Positions 40,611-53,500 of a DNA stretch of 64,000 nt are shown in pieces. The number at the start of each line of letters is the position of its first letter. Within the stretch, counting starts at the first letter, position 1. A program made the translations under genes and the position numbers. Source of the DNA: Antedon mediterranea (lineage: Eukaryota > Animalia > Echinodermata); NCBI RefSeq assembly GCF_964355755.1, contig NC_092677.1, positions 5,726,101-5,790,100 on the forward strand. The letters run 5' to 3'. A model generated the notes under the pieces. It saw nothing but the letters and a program-made list of their open reading frames with translations, did not search any database and was not told the DNA's origin.

Positions 40611-43600
40611 ATGTTTCACAAACTTGTAGTTGGCATTTTGCGGAATGAATCACATTTTCCTCTCCTTCTATTACGCATTGGCAAAGGTAGTCACCGGCAT
40701 CAGAAGTTGCAACTTCAGGAATTTTAAGGACACCACTTTGCTTATCTGTATTACATTCAACTTTGAATTTGTAAAATTTATTAACATCGATTTTTTCCCA
40801 TTTTTTACATTCCAATTTATAAAAAATAAATTCTTTAATTTGTTGTTGTATTGGTGACATATCAAAATACATTTTAGCAGTTTTTCCAGCAACATATGAG
40901 TTCACGTTATTTCGAACAGGAGCTGTAAACAATTGTAAAATAAAGAACTGAAATAAGTTAAATATATACAACTAGATTATAATTCCAATTATAATATATT
41001 ATATTCAGTGATTAAATGAGATGTTTAAATACAATAAATCAAGCACATGTGACGCTGTAGTATGTACATTTTCGAGTATAATTATAGGCCTAACTACTAG
41101 CCGTATTTCATATTAATAACGATTATGACTGAGAATAAATATAAAGTACCATCACATCACTACGACGTTTATATTTTTTTGTAACTATTAATTATATTAA
41201 TTAATACAAACGTAGAGAAGGAACTGTGTAATCAAGTTTATTTGTATATTATTTATTTATAATCTAATAGTAGTGCCTACCCACACTCACAGTAATACAG
41301 TTTATTTTTGTATATGTTTATATATCTAACGGTACCCACACTCTCAGCAAGAAATTTGCGATTCAAATGGCGATCAAAAGTGGTTAATACGTATTTGCAG
41401 TATTGTCAAAGTATTGCAATACTATATCTAAATATTTTAAGTTTATCCCAAAAGGACTCTCATAAATTTACCTGTTTGAGTGTTGTGCGAAATAATTTTA
41501 CTGGGAGACTGAGAGATTGGAATGTTCCATCTCAAATCAATACATTTGTATAAATCTATAAAAATAGTATTTTTTAAAGAAAACGTGTTCAACAATATGA
41601 TTCTGTACTCGAGCTGTTCAAATAGGTTTCAGCTATTAAAACAATTATCTTAGAAGGTAAATGCGAAGCATCCTCGTATTATTGTGTGTGGGTATTTTTT
41701 TTAGATGGACATCCATTAGACAGTGACCATGATTGTAAAACACTCCTATTTGAGGAAAATTGTTGAACATAAATTCGTTTTAATTGTAACTAATCAATTA
41801 TCTAACTATATTTAATTAGTAAAAAAGGTTACATCAGATGAAAGGGTAACATCTGATGTAACCTTGTTTACTAATTAAATTGAGTTACAGAACTCTTTTC
41901 ATGGTTAGGGAAAAGTGATCATAATATAATTCTACAAGAAACGCATAGTGACGTAAACTGTGAAAATCACTGGGTGTCTAAAAGAGTGGGGGTCTAAAAT
42001 CATTTTTAATCATGGTAAAACAAATAGTGCAGGGATTGCCGTATTGTTTAAACATAATTAAGATCTTGTTGTAGATACAATTGTGGGCGATGAACATGGT
42101 AGATTTGTTATTATAGATATACATATTGAAAGCAAGAATTATACGCTGGTTAATGTATATGCCCCAAATAAGGATGACCCTAATTTTTTTATTCATTTGG
42201 CAGATCAAATTAAAGAATTTAAAACCGAAACTATCATCATTGGAGGAGATTTTAATTGTGTTTCGAATATAATGTTGGATAAAGAGGGAGGCAGAAAAAG
42301 TACAAATAAAAAAGCTCGTCTTGAAATTTTAAATAATATGGATGAATTTAATTTAACTGATATATGGAGAAATCAAAATAAAAATACAAAGAAATTTACA
42401 TGGCGATCTACCGGGCTCCCTCCTATTCAATGTAGATTAGATTTTTTTCCTTATCTCAAAACACCTGTTAAATGTCGTGGAGCATACTGATATAAAACCG
42501 GGTTATAAAACTGACCACTCTAAAATCACTTTATCTTTCAATCTTACAAAACAAGGTAGGGAACCTGGGTTCTGGAAATTTAATTTTTCACTACTGAATG
42601 ACCAGCAATATGCTACCGAAGCGAAATTACTAATTTCCAAAAACTATCAAAGAAAATGAAAATATGAATCCTGGTCTGTTATGGGATTTTATAAAGTTCC
42701 AATTGAGAGAGTTAACAATACGCCACGCAAGTAGAATAAAAAGACAGAGAAATGAAAGGGAGAAACAATTAAATGAAGACATAGAGAAACTAGTTAGAAA
42801 TGAAAAAGGAACAATTAGAAAAAATAAATGAGGTCAACACAAAAAGCGCAATGATTAGATCTCGTGCCAGATGGATAGAGGAGGGAGGAAAAAACTCAAC
42901 ATTTTTTATCAATCTAGAAAAGAATAATTTTAACAAAAAACATATCACAGAACTGATAGATAAAAACAATGGAAGAAAAGTAAAACCACATGACATTCTA
43001 GAAGAAGAAAAACAATTTTATGCTGATCTATATAAATCTAGATAAAACGAGGACATTTTGGACAATAACTTCTTCCCTGAAGAAAAAAAGGTTGTTCTCA
43101 GTGGAGAAAAAAGTCTAGTTTTTGAAGGAGAGCTAAGCTTAGAAGAATGTTGACAAGCACTGGACGCTATGCCAAATAATAAATCGTCTGGATCAGATGG
43201 TTTTCCTGCGGATTTCTATACATTTTTTTGGCAAGAAATCAAATCTGTTGTTGTTAACGCAATTAATTGGGCATTTATAAAAGGAAAAATTAGCTGTTCA
43301 CAAAATAGAGGTATTATTACCCTGCTCCCAAAAAAAGATAAAAACTATCACTGCTAAAAAATTGGAGGCCTATTTCCCTTTTAAATACGGATTACAAAAT
43401 TGCTACAAAAGCGATAGCTACAAGGCTTAAGAAAGTTCTCCCCTTAATAATAGATCCCGATCAGACCGGCTTTATGAAAGGGAGATACATCGGTAACATC
43501 CGATTAGTTTTGGCTACATTACACAGATTGTGAAAAAATAACATGTATGATTCTTGCTTTGGATTTTGAAAAAGCCTTCGATAAAATTGAATGGAAATAT

Positions 43601-45899
43601 TTAGATAAGGTTTTATCGTATTATAATTTTGGGAAGGATTTTAGAAAATGGATAAATGTGTTTTATACCGGCGCCTGTAGCTGTGTGATTAATAATGGTT
43701 ATTTGTCTATTTTTTTAAATCTATCAAGAGGTCTCCGACAAGGATGCCCTCTCTCTCCATACTTATTTATTTTGTGTGCCAAAATATTGTCTTCTTATAT
43801 TCGCCACAATCCAACAATTAAAGGTGTTACAATTAATAATCAAGAAATTAAACTAATGCAATATGCCGACGATACTGTTGCCATTCTCGATGGTTCTAAA
43901 GAGTCTATTTTGGGTACTATGAAGTTCTTGAAAATTTTTGCTAATATTTCTGGATTAAAAATAAATCAAGATAAAACACAAGTGATGTGTATAGGATCGG
44001 ATAAACATATACTAAATACTAAATAAATTTGAAGAGGATAACAAACTAAAAAAACTTACTTGGACAAAAGGTCCGATATGGTTACTCGGAGTAAAATTTA
44101 CACGCGATCCTTCGGATCTGTTTACTCTGAACCTATTACCTCAGCTTGACAAAATTAAAACGCTTACTAACATTTGGTCAGCAAGAAATCTCACCCCAAT
44201 TGGCAAGATAACGATAATTAAGACTCTAATAGTGCCCATGCTTACTTTCTTGTTTACTGTTATAACCAATCCACCTATATCATTTTTTAAAACATTAGAT
44301 AAAATTCTGTACTCTTTATTTACCGAATGTTGCCCTTAGGTATATTTATATATAGATACTTTATTTATTTATTTATTTATTTATTCTGGTTTATTAAAAA
44401 CAAAGACATGGCAGTACAAAACTGAATTGCGTCCAGGATACATACTTAATATATAATATGCCATTTACATTTTCAATTTCTGAATATGGTTTTGTTTACA
44501 TTGAAGTACAATTTTTGCAAAATATTAGGGTTAGATTATGCTATACTAGGTTATATTCAGTTACATACGAATACGTATTGTGTTAAAAATTAATTTCTAC
44601 ATACCTTTAACTGTTAACTTTTTACAACAGCTGTATATGTTCTGTCTTCCTTCAATTTCCACTTCACATAAATATGTTCCTTCATCTTCAGGTACAACAT
44701 TCATGATTTCAAGGTTTACCTTGTCCTTATCCACAAATTGATAGCGTGACGTTGGATCAGGTGATTGTGATGATGTCAGCAGCTTCTTTTCTTCCCCTTC
44801 AACATTTTTATACCAATTGATATTGGATATTTTTGCAGAATCATCAAACCATTCTATATTTAGTAACAATTTGACCCAATTCACATTCGCTTTAACAGTG
44901 AGATGTATTTGGATAGCATCTATAAAACAATTTTGGAGAAACAAAACATCAGATTAGCAATTTTATTTTTCGTACTACTAGGCAACATAAACGAGACCAA
45001 CAGATATAAGTCGCGTGCTAAAACGCATAGTGATACCGGACCGACAGACCGACCGACCGACCGACATAGTGAACTATAGAGTCGCGTTCACGCGACTAAA
45101 AAGGAATAATTGCAATAGGCTTACATTATTACCAATATATTTTCATTAATTAATAAAACAATTGTAAAATTGTAAAACATAATAAAATAAAAAGGTTCAT
45201 CCTCTTGACTGCATGCTCTATTAAGTGTAAATAAAATTTAAAGTAAAATCACCTTTCTTAACTGTCAGCGGTGTAGTATGCGTCAGTTCTTTTTCTCCAT
45301 CAACTGGCTTCACTTCACATTGATACTTGCCACTATCACCAAGTACAACATTCTTTATCTTCAAAGACAGAGTGCTATTTTGGCAGCTTTTTACTTCAAA
45401 TCTAGGATCTTTAGAACAATCCTCAATCTCTGTTGTGCCATCTTCCTTAATCTTCTTCCACTTGTAACCTGTTAATGGCATATCTGAAGGTCCATATCTG
45501 CACTTCATTTCAAAATTACTTACACCACGTTCTGTTGAGTACTGTGGATTTACCACTTTAATCCCTTAACAAAATGTGAATATTTTACAATTTCAGTCCC
45601 TTAAACATAAAATTACAGATACACATTTGCAATGGAATTTGCTGTTTACACATTTTTATTATAAGAATCTTGGTTACTAAACTATTTTAAAGCTAGCATG
45701 AATGAAAAAACTACCATATTGATTTTGTGTTATTTACAGATTGATTAAAATCAATAAAACTCACAATAAACAGATAAATTGGCGACACCTTGGCGATGAT
45801 GCTTTCTACTGGGTTTTATTTTGCAGTTGTACTTCCCCGAATCGGATTTCAATTGATTTGAAAGTGTTAATTTGATGCTTCCTCTACCATTTGTAAACA
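40611..45899 (-). CDS. Ig-domain exon array of copy C (half-domain + three Ig) upstream of the pseudo-sialidase
   Basis: Phase 1-1 exons 45899-45765 (FTNGRGSIKL..DSGKYNC), 45564-45253, 44919-44605 (DEGTYLC) and 40922-40611 (DAGDYLC). In frame with the exon at 39649. Confidence 0.85.
41150..41887 (-). mobile_element. Helitron-like H1 copy; its 5' tip reappears at 44318-44357 beyond a LINE
   Basis: Reverse complement of H1, with a short inverted piece at 41850-41887. tttaccgaat..tatatataga follows the LINE. Confidence 0.7.
41888..44317 (+). mobile_element. L1/Tx1-clade LINE ORF2 fragment (APE+RT), frameshifted
   Basis: Motifs LQETH, NVYAPN, GGDFN, RLDFF, TDHS, WKFNFSLL, GSDGF, WRPISL, LDFEKAFD, GLRQGCPLSP, QYADD. 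Confidence 0.92.
44990..45103. mobile_element. Short (ACCG)n-core element (HINE/DINE-1-like)
   Basis: Same family as 7745-7860. Confidence 0.6.
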
Positions 45900-48471
45900 C
45901 TTCAAAGAAAATATCTCAATTTTAAAGCAGGACCTACAATCAATTAATTTGTTATCTTTGTTTGCTATTCAACAGAGAAAAATATTATTTTCTAGTGTAT
46001 TACTATATTATAATTTTTCTTTATTTTTCGAGACAATTTTTCAGTATCAATGTAGAACTGCTGGTTTTAAAAATGGATTGCAGAAATACATGAAATAAAA
46101 GGAAACAAACAGTGAAATAATACGTTTTAATAGACCAGTGATTCACAGTAAGCAAAAACACATGGGTCAAATAAATTCACTTAATGAGTATACACAATTT
46201 GTACTAATATGTATACTTTGATATTCAAGAACATACATAACCAACCCAATACTTCAGAAACTAATTCACTTCACCTTTTCTGACATAAATATAAATTGGC
46301 TAAAATAACATTGGTGTTTGTAAATGTCATATTGGATGAAGATGGTTATTACTTACTTGAGTAAGAAGCTTCTGATCTGTAAACAAAAAAGTAAATCTTA
46401 AAACTTCACATGATCTTTAATTATTTATAATAAGTTTAAAACATACTGTATTTGCAAAGGGCTTTAATAAGAAAAAAAGCTTTGTTTACATGCTACACAC
46501 AACTAATAAAGTATAAAGTATATAACTATAAAGTAGAAATGGTATAATAAAATATTAAAATGATATGTCTATGCAGTGACTGGATAGGCATACTATTATA
46601 TAATTATTAATAATTAACTATTATAAGTTTTATTTCCTCTACATAGAACGTTGTTTAATGCAATTATAAACCAAAGAGTTATGATAATAAGCAGGCTAAA
46701 ATCAATAGTTGTTGAGATAATAAGATAAACTGTTAATATGGTATGAATGGCATGGAATGATATATAATATAATTGTTCACAAAATAATATCTAACGAATA
46801 TAGCATAGATTAATTGTGTTTTAAATAAATTAATGAAAGAATATAATAAAGCATTTACTAAATGGAAAACACAAAGCCGGTGTTATTGTCTGTAGAAAGT
46901 GTTATAGAATCTTTGAACAAAACTGATTTCATTGAGAGAAAAAACGATTTTAGGTACAATTACTTATGATAGAATCAGTGGTATGATGATGACTAAATTT
47001 CAATATTAATATTATCATTTACTTGTTATGATAATTAATATAGTGAAAATGATGTACATAGTATAGTAGTGTAATAATGAATAGTATAACGAATTTAGGA
47101 CAACAGCAAAGATTATTAGCATTAACTTATGAATATCAGAATATAGAATACATACATAGTAAAGATGGTGATGGTAAAATGCAATAAAATCATTAGGCCT
47201 AAACCATAAAGATTTTGCTACAAGTTTGGTTTTGCTAGTTTGTTTTAATTATTATTTTTACACCACAGACAGATTCTTTAAGATTGTATAAAAGCAAAGT
47301 GAATCATACGAATCATTGTATGATTTTTGTGAGATCTAGTGGAATTGCAAAACCACTCAATTTTACAAGCTTTGAGTTATATATCTTTGTTGTACTGGTC
47401 TCACAAAGTTATAGTACAGAAAATAGAGATTTGATGTGAATATGTAAAGTTTCGTGTTTGTAAAGATGAAACGACATTTACCTAAAACTAGCTTTAGTGT
47501 ATATGTAATTTTGCTTAAATTCTTTTAAAGCTCTATCAGAAAAATAAAAATTAAACAATCTAAACAAAATAAAATTTGCTGCACTATTAACAAAATAAAA
47601 TAACATTACCTTTCATATGAGTCTGTTGCTAGAACAATAAATAAAAAAATCTTTATCTTTAAATATGTTATGGTTAGCTGTGGAGAGGACAGACTCTGTT
47701 TTTTGATTAACTGTAATTTTTGTATGGTGTAAGTTTGAAAATTCTTTTTCTAATTATTGACAATTAGCTTTATGATAAAAAATTATGCAATATTAGTGAT
47801 AATAACATTTGAGAGTAACATTTATCCTTGATTTGCTATAATCATAGTATAAATACCAATTTTTTTTGCATATTTGAATCAATCAATCAACCAATCAATC
47901 GATCAGTAAATAAATTTGAATAGATAGTAGTTAAGTACTATTTCATACAACACAATAATCACAATAAAAATTCCATATATGTAATATAAATAATAAGAAT
48001 TACAATCATTTATATTAAATTTTATATTTCCTGCTGTTTCTCTTTTTTGACTGTTATCCATTTCCCTTGTATGTCAGACCTGCCTTGCTTTTGTTTCATT
48101 TTCATCGTTTTGAGCTTTGCCCTTTATTTGACATTTTTATGTGGTTTTAATAAATATACTATTATGAATTAATGAATATTATATATTTTAAACTGAACAG
48201 ACAAAAATAGCCATTGAGGTCATATTTCAAATTACTCACGATTACTCTTTGATTTTTCAAGATTTAGTTATGTATAGTACAGTTGCATAGTTTTTCGTAA
48301 ATAGGCTACTAGAAAGTTTTTCTACTTTACAAATTACCTAGGATGACGAATAGTAAAATTATACATCTAAATAAATTACTTTATAATACTATGGATAACA
48401 GGAGGACCTGATTTTATATTTACTATTTCAAAAACATTTATTTTTGTTATTATCTAATACACCTGTATTAC

Positions 48472-49448
48472 CTTTCTTTACAAGCCTTCCCGTGGATACT
48501 TCCATATATGGTGTTTGTTGTCCATTATGTATAATCTTTCCTGAAGTACAAGCTTGTAAATCAAGATCTGCATATTGAATCTCTTTATTCTATAAATCAT
48601 CAAAACTAATCAATACATTAATACATATTCTTAAAAAACAGTTAATACAATTATTGAACCAGAAATAAAGCAATTAGATAAATAACTATGATTTAACGTA
48701 TCAGTTTCTAAAGAGTTTGTAATTCATTTTTTTATATATGTATTTTCTACAGCATATTTAGCAAGATTGCCTAAACATTAGAAATACCTTGTATTTATCT
48801 TCTTCAAGTTTAACCTTTGATGTTCCTATTGTACCATAAAAACAATCAATTAAGAATAACAAACATTATGGATAGGAAATTGCAATTGAGATTTAAATCA
48901 AAGATGTTGGGTTGTGTGACAGAGTTTGTTATTAACTAATGCAAAATTCATTTAAAATAGCTTTGGATATGTTCTTCTGATAAATTGAAAGTAACCCAAT
49001 AATTATCAACCTTGCAAAGAAAGAAAGAGTATTTTTAAATAATGATATAGGCCTAGATTATACCTTTCTTGATCAGCCTTCCCTTGGATAATTCCATATA
49101 TGGTGTTTTTCTGTCATTGCTTATTATCTTTCCTGAGGAACTGGCTTGTAAATGAAGATCTGCATATTGAATCACTTTCTAATAATAATCATAATCTAAT
49201 CAATACATGTTACCAACATATTTTAAAAGAAAATTAGCATTCATTCAATTCTAATAAAAAAATCCATACTTAGGGCCAACATAGGGAAGGACCTCTGAAT
49301 AAAAAAAAAGTCACAATTGGTAGTACCCTGTTTGTTAAACTTGCTCAAAAATATTATTTTAGGTTAATCGATTTTTATTAACATTTGTTTTCCTTAAAAT
49401 TTAAAAATACCTTTCTTTTATCTTCTTTATGTTTAATTTTTGACGTTT
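48472..49448 (-). CDS. Duplicated ITIM/ITSM exon cassette of receptor C
   Basis: Exons 49448-49411 (ETSKIKHKEDKRK), 49178-49064 (IQYADL..TPYMEL), 48825-48788 (GTSKVKLEEDKYK) and 48589-48472 (IQYADL..TPYMEV). Phases alternate 1-0 and 0-1. Confidence 0.78.
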
Positions 49449-50536
49449 CTATAGTACAATAAACAAGCTAATACATTAAACGATTACAAATTATTATTAT
49501 ATATATTATTAATATGGTAAACTTTAGAAATACTTTTGAGATGTTTGAGAATATGACATGTTATTAAATAATGCAAAATGCATTTTAACGCAGATTTATA
49601 TTCTCTATGTTTACATTCATTTTAAAAGAAACAAAATATGTTGCTTTTCAATTATGCACTTTAAAACAAAAAAGAGGGTTTCTTGTAAAATGAAACAATA
49701 AAATAAAACTTAAATAAAACATAAATAAAATATAATTTAGATTTATCTGTACTACAAACGTATATAAAGTACACAAATATATAAAACATAGATAATTAAT
49801 TATAAATGTGTTATCTAAAACACATGTCAAATTAAACTAAAAAATATTAACTAAAAATATGTACTAAACAAAATTAATAAATCTACTAAAACGTACTATC
49901 GTTAACAAATAGAGCATGCATTTCTGAGAAATAAATGACAATTAATTCTTGGTTGAGTTCAACATTGTTTCAGGCATGCATTCTGAAATGTACTGTTATT
50001 CAGAATGATAGAAATAAAAAGGTTAGAAGAACTAATAACATAAAATTAATTTATTTGCAACACAAGCTTTACTTTAAAAATACGATGTAAAATCGTTTTT
50101 AGGAAAGGTATAGCATAAATGCTAAATTAAAACAGGTTTATTGCTGGTGTTCTTCCTATTTTATATAATTTGGCGTTTGGTAAAAGGAACTCAATTGAAT
50201 TAAAAAAAAAATCCATATTTGAACTTTTATAATATCAAATAATCTTACACTACATTGTAGACACAGGACTTTTTAAATGCAATCTGAGTAAAATTCCATC
50301 AACTAATTTTACTAGGTTTCGTAGCCTGGTTCTATCGGTTTATACTAGGTCAAGTTTTTTTTCCACAACAAACTCGTATTACAAAAACATTTTAACAACG
50401 ATGAGGTGTAAATTAATAATAAATAAATAACTAAATAATGAATAATCACAATTGAACATACTCTCCATAAGTACGTGGGGGGCGTAACGCATACTATTAT
50501 TGTTAGTGAATGAAAGCTGTTATGAAAATTGTATAA

Positions 50537-53500
50537 TTAAATGATATCACCAATGAATTTTCTTCCTCTTTTATTAACTTTTGCGTAAATAACAGGATCT
50601 TCCGTAACACATGACATAGGTGTACTACATTTTACACTTGCATAGACTATTTCCCGCTGTGAAAATATTGTTATCATTTAACTAAATATGTTATATAATT
50701 AGCCCACGGCGCTTTATTCAAGAAAAAGATTAATTACAAAATTTGATTGATTTATAATTTGATTTATTCGATTTTATATATTCAATTCTGGTGATATCTA
50801 ATTGATTCAAAGATTTTAATTGTTATTTAATAATTGTTAAAAAAAATTGTAGTAGAAAAGTACTAGTTACAAAACAACAACAACAAATGTAATTTTATTT
50901 TTATAGCAATTCAAATAAAGATAAATTCTTACTGTGTGACTGATGCTGAAGTGTCCTCCTTAATTTAACCAAGAATAAGATAATTACTTCTAATAATAAA
51001 ATACGGTTTCGATCCAAGTCGGCCCTAAACCGTCTCGGCCAAAGTCAAGTCGGCCCCAAGTCAACTCGGCCCCAAGTCAACTCGGCCTCAAGTCAACTCG
51101 GCCTCAAGTCAACTCGGCCTCACGTCAACTCGGCCAAAAAATAATCGGTCAACTCGGCCCCGTTAAAGTATGGAACGCAAAAAGTGCAAATGAAGGGGAT
51201 TGATAAAATAATATTTCTTCACAATTTTTTAACTATGAATAATTCTGACTTTTAATGAATATTATTATTTAGACAATAATATATTTAGCAAAAAAAATAG
51301 GAAGGATTTCACCAACTTTCCTTTATTTACGTTTAATCAAATTTCGTAGCTGAGCCTCCCTGCGCGTTTGCCAGCTTTTTCGATATCTACAACTGCTACG
51401 TGTTTTCGCTGACCAGGGGATTCCTCTTTTTTAAAAACGCAAATCATGCACAAAAACGATGTACGATCATTTTTTCTATGGGGTGGAACGTACTAGGCCT
51501 CCGTCTTCGATTTCCTAAAATACGGTACCTGCACGTGTTTTTTGTAACACGCGGGTACTTCTATTCATCGGCAATGAGTTCATTTTTTTATATGATATTA
51601 TATTTTTTATTCATTTTTTTTAAAACGTGGATAGTAAGAATCGTAATAATATTAAGCACTTTTTGCGTTCCATACTTTATTGTGGCCGAGTTGACCGATT
51701 AGTTTTTGGCCGAGTTGACGTGAGGCCGAGTTGACTTGAGGCCGAGTTGACTTGAGGCCGAGTTGACTTGGGGCCGACTTGACGTGGGGCCGACTTGACT
51801 TTGGCCGAGACGGTTTGGGGCCGACTTGACCTGCACCCTAAAATACATCTAATAATAGCATTATTTGCTCAATAGAAAAAGGTTCAAGGGAACCTAAGAA
51901 TAAAACTGCACTTGCTTGTTTCATGTAATTAACATTAATACAAACACTAAATTAAATTTTGTGATAATATATTGTTTTTTTTTTTGTTTCATATATTATT
52001 TCCCAATACATAAACTGTTTATTGATTAATTGATCGATTGATTGATTGGTGATATGAGGTTTAAATGCAATAATTAATAAATTATTAAAAGAATGGAAAC
52101 TTTACCTTTGTCTTTAGATGTTTTTTGTTCTGATAAAAGTTGCCTCTCTTCAACATAAGCAGAGCTTGTCTTTGAAAAAAAGCAAAGAATATTAAAGAAT
52201 GATTCAAATAATGTATACTCTACATAAAAAAAAAACCTATTATATAATAAAATACCTATGGAAGGTTCATTATTAGATGCAGTTGATTGATTAGCATTTA
52301 CCTTTCAATCTTTTAGTATAACTGTATTGTGAAAATATAATGTTGGGTTTCCTTACCAACACATTTAATATGGTCGAACTTAAAGGTGTATACAACCATT
52401 TAGAACTGTTTAGTTTTACATTTTAAAAGTTGTAGTGTAATCTGTTCATTGAAAGTGTATCTGATTTTAGTGAAGAATAATTCATGTCTCAAAACATAAA
52501 TTGAAATAATGTTCTAAATCAATGAAATCTATGAAAAACCCAGCTGAAAGAAAATTGATTGGGGTCTTGTTTAAAATATTGAGGTTTTCTTCTTTTGTCT
52601 TTGTAATTTAAACCAGAAAAACTAATAGAAGAAACAAGAACTTGTTCATAACAAACCTGAACTTCTTGTGCAGTAGCTGCTGCTTCAGTTGCTTCAGCCT
52701 GGTTAGTAGGTGAACTTGATTTAGTTACAACAGGGCCCTCTGCACCATCAGGAACATCTCTTTCATTCGCCATCATTAATTGATACTCTTCTCCAGTTGT
52801 ATTACCATTTCTGTTAAGACAATAAAAACTATTACACTATTCAAAGTATTGCTAAGATACTACCATTTGTAACACCACTACCTTAATAGCAATTTTTAAC
52901 CATGCATGTTTAACAATATTTATCATGTATTACAAAATGAAAACGTTTGTATTAAACTCACCTGGAGCTTTCATGTTTCTTTTTATCTATATCATTGTAA
53001 ACAACTGTTTAAATAAAACAAGAAACAAAATGTAATGAAGACAAATTGGTATTAAATTTAACATTTGAGGCATTGACTGACATACAATGATGTATTCTTC
53101 ATGCAAAATTCACACTATGAAGTAAAATAGTTCAATCTGTATCTATAAAATACATAAAAGAAACGAAAAAAAAACAATGTATATATAAAGGACCCTTGGA
53201 AACAAGCTTTTGGGCTTTTATGTGTATGCTTTTGGTTTTATTTGTGTAAATGACCAACAAATGTTTCTTTACCACATTTGAATTATTGCATTTTATTGAC
53301 TATTTAATAAAAATAAATATCATCAAATACAGAGTGCAGAATAATGATAGTTCTTAGACAATCAATATAACTTACCCGATTTGTATTCAATACAAAAGAA
53401 TCCACAAAAGTAAAGACAGCAATAACAGACAAACTGACAGACTGATTTCCAACTACTGAATTGCTGTTGATTTGAACCAAGCACTTTGTCTTCTTTCTTT

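Noticed and set aside
48040-48320. Further tail exons of C (PIYEKL-like)
   Set aside because: Stops in all frames between the candidate splice sites; no consistent phase.
51005-51838. 16-bp repeats as a CRISPR array
   Set aside because: No spacers. The repeats are mirrored as TIRs with an 8-bp TSD, in a eukaryotic context.
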